Origin: Centroscyllium fabricii
Lineage: Eukaryota
Length of the DNA: 64,000 bases
Direction of reading: 5' to 3'
Assembly: GCA_051313645.2 (NCBI GenBank)
Contig: JBNRSN020000031.1
Coordinates: 4,836,001 to 4,900,000, forward strand
The notes beneath the pieces are model-generated. The model was not told where the DNA came from. It ran no database searches and worked only from the letters and a program-made list of their open reading frames with translations. The position numbers were made by a program, and so were the translations under genes. This document shows positions 30,127 through 40,343 of the stretch, piece by piece. Numbering within the stretch: the stretch's first letter is position 1; each line of letters opens with the position of its first letter.

Positions 30127-33100
30127 ATTATATTCACGTAATCACATGCTGAGTTATTATTGGCCCACAGGCATCTGTAAGGACTACATATTATATTTAC
30201 GTAATCACTTGATGAGTTATTATTGGCACACAGGCATCTGTACGGGCTAACTATTATACTCCCGTAATAATATTTCTGAGTTATCATTGCCCACAGGCAT
30301 CTGTAAGGACTACATTTATATTCACATAATCAAATGCTGAGTTATCATTGGCCCACAGGCATCTGTAAGGACCACCTATTATATTCAGGTAATCACATGC
30401 TAAATTATGATTGGCCCACAGGCATCTGTAAGGACTACCTATTATAGTCACGTAATCACATGCTGAGTTATCATTGGCCCACAGGCATCTGTAAGGACTA
30501 CCTGTTATATTCACGTAATTACATGCTGAGTTATCATTCGACAACAGGCATTTGTAAGGACTACCTATTATATTCACGTATTCACATGCTGAGTTATCAT
30601 TGGCCCACAGGTATCAGTAAGGACTACCTATTATATTCACGTAATCACATGCTGAGTTATCATTGGCCCACAGGCAACTGTATGGACTACCTATTATATT
30701 CACGTAATCACATGCTGAGTTATCATTGGCCCACAGGTATCTGTAAGGACTTCCTATTAAATTCACGTAATCACATACTGAGATATCATTGGCCCACAGG
30801 CATTTGGAAGGACTACCTATTATATTCACGTAATCACATGCTGAATTATCATTGGACCAAAGGCATCTGTAAGGACTACCTATTATATTCACGTAATCAC
30901 ATGTTGAGTTATCATTGGCCCACAGGCATCTGTATGGACTACTTATTATATTCACGTAATCACATGCTGAGTTATCATTGGCCCACAGGCATCTGTAAGG
31001 ACTACTATTGTATTCACTTAACCACATGCTGAGTTATCATTGGCCCACTGGCATCTGTAAGGACTACTATTGTATTCACTTAACCACATGCTGAGTTATT
31101 ATTGGCCGCAGGCATCTGTAAGGACGACCTATTATATTCACGTAATCACATGCTGAGTTATCATTGGCCCACAGGCATCTGTATGGACCTCGTATTATAT
31201 TCACGTATTCACATGCTGAGTTATCATTGGCCCACAGGCATCTGTAAGGACTACTTATTATATTCACGTAATCACATGCTGAGTTATCATTGGCCCACAG
31301 GCATCTGGAAGGAGTACCTATTATATTCACGTAATCACATGCTGAATTATCATTGGACCAAAGGCATCTGTAAGGACTACTATTGTATTCACGTAATCAC
31401 ATGCTGAGATATCATTGGCCCACAGGCATCTGTAAGGACTACCTATTATACTTACGTAATCACATGCTGAGTTATCATTGGCCCACAGGCATCTGGAAAG
31501 ACTACCTATTATATTCACGTAATCACATGCTGAGTTATCATTGGCCCACAGGCATCTGGAAGGACTACCTATTATATTCACGTAATCACATGCTGAATTA
31601 TCATTGGTCCAAAGGCATCTGTAAGGACTACCTATTATATTCACGTAATCACTTGTTGAGTTATCATTGGCCCACAGGCATCTGTAAGGACTACCTATTA
31701 TATTCACGTAATCACATGCTGAATTATCATTGGCCCGCAGGCATCTGTAAGGACTACCAATTATATTCACGTGATCACATGCTGAGTCATCATTGGCCCA
31801 CAGGCATCTGTAAGGACTACTATTGTTTTCACGTAATCAAATGCTGAGTTATCATTGGCCCACAGGCATCTGTAAGGACTACCTATTATATTCAGGTAAT
31901 CACATGCTGAATTATCATTGGCCCACAGGCATCTGTAAGGACTACATATTATATTCACGTATTCACATGCTGAGTTATCATTGGCCCACAGGCATCTGTA
32001 AGGACTACCTATTATATTCACGTAATCACATGCTGAATTATCATTGGCCCACAGGCATCTGTAATGACTACCTATTATATTTACGTAATCACATGCTGAG
32101 TTATCATTGGCCCGCAGGCATCTGTAAGGACTACCAATTATATTCACGTGATCACATGCTGAGTTATCATTGGCCCACAGGCATCTGTAAGGACTACTAT
32201 TGTACTCAATTAACCAAATGCTGAGTTATCATTGGCCCACAGGCATCTGTTAGGACTACTATTGTATTCACGTAATCACATGCTGAATTACCATTGCCCA
32301 CAGGTATCTGTAAGGGTTACCTATTATATTCACGTAAGCACATGCTGAATTATCATTGGCCCGCAGGCATCTGTAAGGACTACCAATTATATTCACGTGA
32401 TCACTTGCTGAGTTATCATTGGCCCACAGGCATCTGTAAGGACTACTATTGTTTTCACGTAATCAAATGCTGAGTTATCATTGGCCCACAGACATCTGTA
32501 AGGACTACCTATTATATTCAGGTAATCACATGCTGAATTATCATTGGCCCACAGGCATCTGTAAGGACTACATATTATATTCACGTAATCACATGCTGAG
32601 TTATCATTGGCCCACAGGCATCTGTAAGGACTACCTGTTATATTCATGTAATCACATGCTGAGTTATCATTGGCCCACAGACATTTGTAAGGACTACGTA
32701 TTATATTCACGTATTCACATGCTGAGTTATCATTGGCCCACAGGCATCTGTAAGGACTACCTATTATATTCACGTAATCACATGCTGAGTTATCATTGGC
32801 CCACAGGCTTCTGTAAGGACTACCTATTATATTCACGTAATCACATGCTGAGATATCATTGGCCCACAGGCATCTGTAAGGACTATCTATTATATTCATG
32901 TAATCACATGCTAAGTTATCATTGGACCACAGGCATCTGTAAGGACTACCTATTATATTCACGTAATCACATGCTGAATTATCATTGGCCCACAGGCATC
33001 TGTAATGACTACCTATTATATTTACGTAATCACATGCTGAGTTATCATTGGCCCGCAGGCATCTGTAAGGACTACCAATTATATTCACGTGATCACATGC

Positions 33101-35535
33101 TGAGTTATCATTGGCCCACAGGCATCTGTAAGGACTACTATTGTACTCAATTAACCAAATGCTGAGTTATCATTGGCCCGCAGGCATCTGTAAGGACTAC
33201 CAATTATATTCACGTGATCACATGCTGTGTTATCATTGGCCCACAGGCATCTGTAAGGACTACTATTATATTCACGTAATCACAAGCTGAGTTATCATTG
33301 GACACCTGGCATCTGTAAGGACTACTATTGTATTCATGTAATCAAACACTGAGATATCATTGGCCCACAGGCATCTGTAAGGACTACTATTGTATTCACG
33401 TAATCACATGCTGAGTTATCATTGGCCCGCAGGCATCTGTAAGGGCTACCTATTATATTCACGTAATCACATGCTGAGTTATCATTGGCCCACAGGCATC
33501 TGTAAGGACTACTATTATATTCACGTAATCATATGCTGAGTTATCATTGGTCCATAGGCATCTGTAAGGACTACCTATTATATTCACGTAATCAAATGCT
33601 GAATTATCATTGTCCCAGAGGCATCTGTAAGGACTACCTATTATAATCACGTAATCACATGCTGAGTTATCGTTGGCCCACAGGAATCTGTAAGGACTAC
33701 CTATTATTTTCATGTAATCACATGCTGAGTTATCATTGGCCCACAGGCATCTGTAAGGACTACCTGTTATATTCACGTAATCACATGCTGAGTTATCATT
33801 GGCCCACAGGCATTTGGAAGGACTACCTATTATATTCACGTATTCACATGCTGAGTTATCATTTGCCCACAGGCATCTGTAAGGACTACCTTTTAAATTC
33901 ACATAATCACATGCTGAGTTATCATTGGCCCACAGGCATCTGTAAGGACTACCTATTATATTCACGTAATCACATGCTGAGTTATCATTGTCCCACAGGT
34001 ATCTGTAAGGACTACCTATTATATTCACGTAATCACATGCTGCGTTATCATTGTCCCACAGGCATCTGGAAGGACTACCTATTATATTCACGTAATCACA
34101 TGCTGAAATATCAGTGTACCAAAGGCATCTGTAAGGACTACCTATTATATTCACGTAATCACATGTTGAGATATCATTGGCCCACAGGCATCTGTAAGGA
34201 CTACCTATTATATTCACGTAATCACATGTTGAGTTATCATTGGCCCACAGGCATCTGGAAGGACTATCTATTATATTCACGTAATCACATGCTGAGTTAT
34301 CATTGGCCACAGGCATCTGTAAGGACAACCTATTATATTCACGTAATCACATGCTGAGTTATCATTGGCCTGCAGGCATCTGTAAGAAATGCCTATTATA
34401 TTCACGTAATCAGATGCTGAGTTATCATTGGCCCACAGGCATCTGTAAGGACTACCTATTATATTCACGTAATCACATGCTGAGTTATCATTGGCCACAG
34501 GCATCTGTAAAGACTACCTATTATATTCACGTAATCACATGCTGAGTTATCATTGGCCCACAGGCATCTGTAAGAACTACCTTTTATATTCACGTAATCA
34601 CATGCTGAATTATCATTGGCCCACAGGCATCTGGAAGGACTACCTATTATATTCACGTAATCACATTCTGATTTATAATTGGCCCACAGGCATCTGGAAG
34701 GACTACCTATTATATTCACGTAATCACATGCTGAATTATCATTGGACCAAAGGCATCTGTAAGGACTACCTATTATATTCACGTAATCACATGTTAGTTA
34801 TCATTGGCCCCAGGCATCTGTAAGGACTACCTATTACATTCAGGTAATCACATGCTGAATTATCATTGCCCACAGGCATCTGGAAGGACTACCTATAATA
34901 TTCACGTAATCACATGCTGATTTATCATTGGACCAAAGGCATCTGTAAGGACTAATATTGTATTCACGTAATCACATGCTGAGATATCATTGGCCTACAG
35001 GCATCTGTAAGGACTACCTATTATATTTACGTAATTACATGCTGAGTTATCATTGGCCCACAGGCTTCTGGAAGGACTACCTATTATATTCACGTAATCA
35101 CATGCTGAGTTATCATTGGCCCACATGCATCTGGAAGGCCTACCTATTATATTCACGTAATCACATGCTGAATTATCATTGGACCAAAGGCATCTGTAAG
35201 GACTACCTATTATATTCACGTAATCACATGTTGAGTTATCATTGGCCAGCAGGCATTTGTAAGGACTACCTATTATATTCAGGTAATCACATGCTGAATT
35301 ATCATTGCCCACAGGCATCTGTAAGGACTACCCATTTTATTCACGTAATCACATGCTGAGTTATCATTGCCCCACTGGCATCTGTATGGACTACCTATTA
35401 TATTCACGTAATCACATGCTGAGTTATCATCGGCCCACAGGCATCTGTAAGGACTACCTATTATATTCACGTAATCACATGCTGAGTTATCATTGGCCCA
35501 CAGGCATCTGGAAGGACTACCTATAATATTCACGT
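30127..35535. repeat. 63-bp tandem satellite array, segment 2
   Basis: Same monomer and orientation as segment 1. Confidence 0.99.
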
Positions 35536-35813
35536 TGTGGCGACACGCCCACCGGCAGCCACGAACCCGCGCTGGGAAGGCTGCAAAGCGGCCCCGCCCG
35601 TCGGAGGACGCACGGACTTCCCCGACGTGATGACGTCACCAGGTGGCCAGCCGGCAGTGACGTCCCCAGCCGCGGGACCTTTAAATATCTGAGAGCCAGG
35701 TGGCTCTCTCTCTTTCTCCCTACCTGGCCCTAGCTGTAACAAGTAGTTAATAAAAACTCTGCATTCAACCTCTCTGTGTCCAGCGTGGTCCTTCAGCCTT
35801 GCAGGCCTCAACA
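35536..35813 (+). repeat. 5' LTR of Gypsy element (278 bp)
   Basis: TGTGGCGACACG...GGCCTCAACA. No difference from 40066-40343 found by eye. Confidence 0.97.
35592..35754 (+). promoter_or_regulatory. LTR promoter and polyadenylation signals
   Basis: GC box CCCCGCCC (35592-35599), perfect CRE palindrome TGACGTCA (35631-35638), TATA-like TTTAAATA (35680-35687) and AATAAA (35749-35754), in the expected U3-R order. Motif matches only. Confidence 0.55.
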
Positions 35814-35814
35814 C

Positions 35815-35826
35815 TGGTGACCCCGA
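35815..35826 (+). promoter_or_regulatory. Primer-binding site, tRNA-Trp
   Basis: TGGTGACCCCGA lies one base after the 5' LTR and equals the first 12 nt of the canonical tRNA-Trp PBS TGGTGACCCCGACGTGAT (as in avian sarcoma/leukosis viruses). Confidence 0.88.
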
Positions 35827-35909
35827 TACCTGAGACGTTTCTCAGGGGAACAATGAAGCAGCCACTGCAGGACTGAGGGACAAGCTGCCGCAGCCGAATC
35901 GCTACCACC

Positions 35910-38900
35910 ATGCCAGCAGCAACCGACTCAGCACGCCAAGGCAGACGGGGCCAAGTTTACCTCCCGGTCCCAACCATACCACAATTCTGGGAGCTCCGTC
36001 CAGCGGCTTGGTTTCGCAACACCGAGAACACCTTCCGCATTCATGGCGTGCACGCAGACGACCGCTACAGCCTGCTCTTCGCAGCCCTCGCACAGTCCAC
36101 CATCGACAGAATGTGGGACACCATCGAGGAAGACACTTCTGCTGGCAGGTACGAATCGCTAAAGGCCGCGCTGCTCGCAAAATTTACCCCAACCATTTTC
36201 GAGCGCGATTGCCAGGTCATTAACCTCCCCGACCTGGGAGATGCAGACCCCACCGACTTGTGGGCCCAGTTCGAGGCGCTTAATCGCGACTCAGACACCC
36301 TTAAGCGCGCCCTCTACCTCCTTAAGCTGCCGCCCTCCATCAGACCGACACTGACGGTCTTGGAGCACCTCTCAAACAGGCAGCTAGCTCAGGAGGCAGA
36401 CAAGCTCATTAAGGCCGAGCGCACCCGCGCCACCATGCACCGCCATGCTGCCGCTCAACAAGAGCAGCACCAACCACAACCCCGGCCCCAACTCAGAGCC
36501 GCGCGGACCCACAAAAAGCCACGCACCGCGGCAACCGGCTGGTGCTACTACCATACCAGGTTTGAGGCCAAAGCGCAGCGCTGCGTTCCGCCCTGCAACT
36601 TCAAACCCCAAACCTGCCCCAGCCCCACCATGTGCGTCGGCCGCTCCGGAGCGCTGCTCTTCGTTACAGACAGTGTCTCAGGCCTCCGTTTCCTCTGCGA
36701 CACAGGCGCGCAGCACAGCATCGTGCCAGCCTCCCCCGCAGAATCCAAGCAGGGCACCCAAGGCCCACCACTCAAAGCCGCAAACGGCTCCGAGATACTC
36801 ACGTTCGGTACCCGCCAGCTCACCATTAAACTAGCAGGCCACAGGTATACGTGGGACTTCATCACCGTGCAGGTTAACACGCCCCTACTCGGAGCCGACT
36901 TTCTGTGCGCCCACGGGCTCCTTGTCGATGTTACCCGGCGCCGCCTGGTCGACATCCAAATCATGTCGACCATTCCGTGCTCCACAGCCCCAGCACACCA
37001 GACCCACGCGGCAGCTCACTGCCGGGCCCGCAACTCCGACACGTACGCCACGCTGCTCGCCGAGTTCGCCACCCTAACCAACCCCACCTTCACAGCCCGC
37101 TCCGCCAAGCACGGCGTAGAGCACCACATCACCACCACAGGCCCCCCGGTCCACGCCCACGCACGCAGGCTGGACCCGGCCAAGCTAGAGATCGCTCGAG
37201 CCGAGTTTCACATCATGGAACAGCTCGGCATCATCCGCCGCTCCAGCAGCCCCTGGGCCTCCCCCCTCCACATTGCCCCTAAACCCGATGGCGGCTGGCG
37301 CCCCTGCGGAGACTACCGCCGCCTCAACAACGCCACCACCCCGGATAGGTACCCAGTCCCCCACATCCAGGATTTTTCCGTGAGGCTAGCCGGCTGCACG
37401 GTCTTTTCAAAGATCGACCTGGTACGGGGCTACCACCAAGTTCCAGTGCACCCGGCGGATGTCCCTAAGACAGCCGTCATCACCCCATTCGGCCTATTTG
37501 AATTTCTCCGGATGCCCTTCGGACTCAAAAACGCGGCCCAGGCTTTCCAGCGCCTCATGGACTCAGTCCTCCGGGACCTCCAGTTCACATTCGTCTATCT
37601 CGACGACATCCTGGTGGCCAGCGCCTCCCCCCGGGAACACCTCATCCACCTCAGAACCCTTTTTAAACGCCTGGCCGACCACGGCCTCATATTAAGCCCC
37701 TCCAAGTGCCGATTCGGCCTCGAGGCTATTGACTTCCTCGGCCACCACATCTCCCACACCGGGGCCATACCCCTGCCCTCCAAGGTGCAGGCGGTCCAGG
37801 AATTCCCCCGCCCGCACTCCATCAAGGGGCTGCAGGAATTCCTTGGAATGGTTAATTTTTACAACCGTTTCATCCCCGGCGCAGCCGCCCTCATGGCCCC
37901 CCTCTACCAGGCCACCCACGGGCAATCCAACAAGACCGCGGTCGAGTGGACGGCCGAAGCCGCCACCGCTTTCACCGCAACCAAAACGGCCCTTGCCAAA
38001 GCCACCCTCCTCAGCCACCCCAGGCCCAACGCCAGAGTAGCCCTCACCACCGACGCCTCCGACCACGCTGTCGGAGCAGTCTTCGAGCAGTGGTCGGGCG
38101 ACTCATGGCAACCACTGGCCTTTTTCAGCCGCCGCCTCCGGCCCCCAGAGGTCAAGTACAGCGCCTTCGATAGGGAGCTACTCGCTCTCTACCTCGCAGT
38201 GCGCCACTTCCGCTTCCTTTTAGAGGGCCGCCACTTTACAGCATTTGTGGACCACAAACCATTAGTCTCCGCAATGGCTAAGCTCTCCGAACCCTGGTCG
38301 GCCAGGCAGCAGCGCCAGCTCGCGGCCGTGTCCGAGTTCACGACCGACATCCAGCACATTGCCGGCCGCGACAACGTGGTCGCCGACTGCCTCTCACGAC
38401 CCGCCATTCACAAGCCCAACCCCGACCACCCCGCGGGCCCCGCCATCAGCAGCGCAGGCACAACCGGCACCCAAACCGCCGACCACCCCCCAACCCCAGC
38501 CACCAACCGCGCCTGCGCACACTGCTGCGCATTCCCAACCACCAACACTGTCCAGACCGCGGTCGACTACGTCAAAATGGCGGCCGACCAACTCAGCGAT
38601 CCCGACCTCCTCGACCCCACCAACAAACTTCCCGGCCTACTCTTGGCCACCGTAGCACACGGACCCACAGCCACGGCGGTCCGCTGCGACGTCACCCTGC
38701 CCCAACCCAGGCCCGTGGTGCCCCTCGCGTGGAGGCAGCACATCTTCCAGACCCTCCACGGCCACTCCCACCCCGGCGTCCGCGCATCCACCAAGCTCAT
38801 CTCTGCGCGATTCGTTTGGCGCGGCCTAAAACAAGATGTCCGCGCCTGGACCACCTCGTGCAATGCCTGCCAGCGAGCCAAGGTGCACAAACACATCAAA

Positions 38901-39857
38901 GCACCGCTCCAACCAATCGCCATCCCAGCCAGACGCTTCAGCCACGTGCACATCGACCTGGTTGGACCACTACCCCCATCACGTGGACACTTGTACCTCC
39001 TCACAATGGTCGACCGCACCACCCGCTGGCCTGAAGCGGTCCCCCTCAACACGACCACCACCGCCGAACTGGCCAGGGCCTTCATCGCCACCTGGGTCGC
39101 CCGCTTCGGCGTCCCCAACGACATTACTTCAGACAGGGGCCCCCAATTCACTTCAACTCTATGGTCAACCATCGCTCACGACCTTGGGGTAACCCTGCAC
39201 CGAACCACTGCCTACCACCCGCAAGCCAACGGCCTCTGCGAACGGTTCCACCGAACTTTTAAAACATCCCTGCGGGCCAGCCTCCAGGACGCAACCTGGA
39301 CGGACCGCCTGCCCTGGGTAATGCTCGGCCTCCGCACAGCGGCCAAAGAAGATCTACACGCCTCGGCAGCCGAACTCGTTTACGGCCAACCACTAACCGT
39401 ACCAGGTGAGTTCGTCGCAGAAACAAACGAACCCTGGTCGGCCGAGCGCTGCCTCAGGGAATTCAACAACCAGGCAGCAGAATTCAAACCACTTCCGGTG
39501 GCCCGCCACGGTCAACCGGCGACACGCGTCCCCAACACCATTCAGGACGCCAAGTACGTGTTTGTCCGCCATGACTCTCACAAAGCACCGCTGCAGGCAC
39601 CGTACGACGGGCCATTCAGAGTGCTTCGGGCGGGACCCAAGACTTTTGACATTCAAATGGGCAACAGAACTGAGACCGTATCCATTGACCGGCTCAAACC
39701 AGCACACGTAATGGCGGGCGAGACAACAGTCCCCGCACAACCACCTAAACGCGGCCGCCCTACCGCACCAAAATCCGCCCACACTCCCACACAGACCAAC
39801 AAGCAACACATCACACGTGCCGGCCGTACCATCAGTCCACCTAAGCGCCTCGCCTGA
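35910..39857 (+). CDS. gag-pol: Gag-Pol polyprotein (gag with CHCC box, aspartic protease, reverse transcriptase, RNase H, integrase with GPY/F module), 1315 aa
   Basis: ACCACCATG start. Motifs in order: PQFW..PAAWF (gag), CYYHx9Cx3C, FLCDTGAQHS (protease), SPWASP/DYRRLN/DLVRGYHQ/MPFGLKNA/YLDD (RT), TDAS...YSAFDRELLA...DHKPL...NVVADCLSR (RNase H), HGHSHPG...CNACQ, HIDLVGP, SDRGPQF, NGLCER (integrase), YDGPF. No stops or frameshifts. Confidence 0.98.
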   Translation: MPAATDSARQGRRGQVYLPVPTIPQFWELRPAAWFRNTENTFRIHGVHADDRYSLLFAALAQSTIDRMWDTIEEDTSAGRYESLKAALLAKFTPTIFERDCQVINLPDLGDADPTDLWAQFEALNRDSDTLKRALYLLKLPPSIRPTLTVLEHLSNRQLAQEADKLIKAERTRATMHRHAAAQQEQHQPQPRPQLRAARTHKKPRTAATGWCYYHTRFEAKAQRCVPPCNFKPQTCPSPTMCVGRSGALLFVTDSVSGLRFLCDTGAQHSIVPASPAESKQGTQGPPLKAANGSEILTFGTRQLTIKLAGHRYTWDFITVQVNTPLLGADFLCAHGLLVDVTRRRLVDIQIMSTIPCSTAPAHQTHAAAHCRARNSDTYATLLAEFATLTNPTFTARSAKHGVEHHITTTGPPVHAHARRLDPAKLEIARAEFHIMEQLGIIRRSSSPWASPLHIAPKPDGGWRPCGDYRRLNNATTPDRYPVPHIQDFSVRLAGCTVFSKIDLVRGYHQVPVHPADVPKTAVITPFGLFEFLRMPFGLKNAAQAFQRLMDSVLRDLQFTFVYLDDILVASASPREHLIHLRTLFKRLADHGLILSPSKCRFGLEAIDFLGHHISHTGAIPLPSKVQAVQEFPRPHSIKGLQEFLGMVNFYNRFIPGAAALMAPLYQATHGQSNKTAVEWTAEAATAFTATKTALAKATLLSHPRPNARVALTTDASDHAVGAVFEQWSGDSWQPLAFFSRRLRPPEVKYSAFDRELLALYLAVRHFRFLLEGRHFTAFVDHKPLVSAMAKLSEPWSARQQRQLAAVSEFTTDIQHIAGRDNVVADCLSRPAIHKPNPDHPAGPAISSAGTTGTQTADHPPTPATNRACAHCCAFPTTNTVQTAVDYVKMAADQLSDPDLLDPTNKLPGLLLATVAHGPTATAVRCDVTLPQPRPVVPLAWRQHIFQTLHGHSHPGVRASTKLISARFVWRGLKQDVRAWTTSCNACQRAKVHKHIKAPLQPIAIPARRFSHVHIDLVGPLPPSRGHLYLLTMVDRTTRWPEAVPLNTTTTAELARAFIATWVARFGVPNDITSDRGPQFTSTLWSTIAHDLGVTLHRTTAYHPQANGLCERFHRTFKTSLRASLQDATWTDRLPWVMLGLRTAAKEDLHASAAELVYGQPLTVPGEFVAETNEPWSAERCLREFNNQAAEFKPLPVARHGQPATRVPNTIQDAKYVFVRHDSHKAPLQAPYDGPFRVLRAGPKTFDIQMGNRTETVSIDRLKPAHVMAGETTVPAQPPKRGRPTAPKSAHTPTQTNKQHITRAGRTISPPKRLA

Positions 39858-40053
39858 GGCGACACGGGCAGAGCATAGACGGCCCGCCACAACACCATCT
39901 TTCGAACCACGGAACAGCACACAACACCTGCCGGCCACAACACCAGGCCATTGCGGCAAACTGTCGGACATTCTGTGTGTAATCGAAATGTGTGTCTGCT
40001 CTCCTTTTTGTCTCCCTCTCCTCTAGGAAACTACACTTCCCCTCGCGGATTCT

Positions 40054-40062
40054 GGGGGGGAG
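40054..40062 (+). promoter_or_regulatory. Polypurine tract
   Basis: GGGGGGGAG three bases upstream of the 3' LTR. Confidence 0.8.
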
Positions 40063-40065
40063 CTG

Positions 40066-40343
40066 TGTGGCGACACGCCCACCGGCAGCCACGAACCCGC
40101 GCTGGGAAGGCTGCAAAGCGGCCCCGCCCGTCGGAGGACGCACGGACTTCCCCGACGTGATGACGTCACCAGGTGGCCAGCCGGCAGTGACGTCCCCAGC
40201 CGCGGGACCTTTAAATATCTGAGAGCCAGGTGGCTCTCTCTCTTTCTCCCTACCTGGCCCTAGCTGTAACAAGTAGTTAATAAAAACTCTGCATTCAACC
40301 TCTCTGTGTCCAGCGTGGTCCTTCAGCCTTGCAGGCCTCAACA
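40066..40343 (+). repeat. 3' LTR of Gypsy element (278 bp)
   Basis: Direct repeat of 35536-35813 at offset 4530, followed by the TSD ACGT. Confidence 0.97.

Larger units (their letters stand above)
35536..40343 (+). mobile_element. Full-length Ty3/Gypsy LTR retrotransposon, CsRn1/Kabuki-like
   Basis: Two 278-bp LTRs (TGT...ACA), a 4-bp TSD ACGT (35532-35535 and 40344-40347), a tRNA-Trp PBS, a PPT, and a gag-pol ORF in PR-RT-RH-IN order. The Cx2Hx9Cx3C gag box together with a Trp primer is characteristic of the CsRn1 clade. Confidence 0.97.

Noticed and set aside
29962-39947. Shared 12-mer CACAACACCAGG between the PLE-like insertion and the Gypsy 3' UTR
   Set aside because: It is short, low-complexity and has no flanking similarity, so it is most likely chance.
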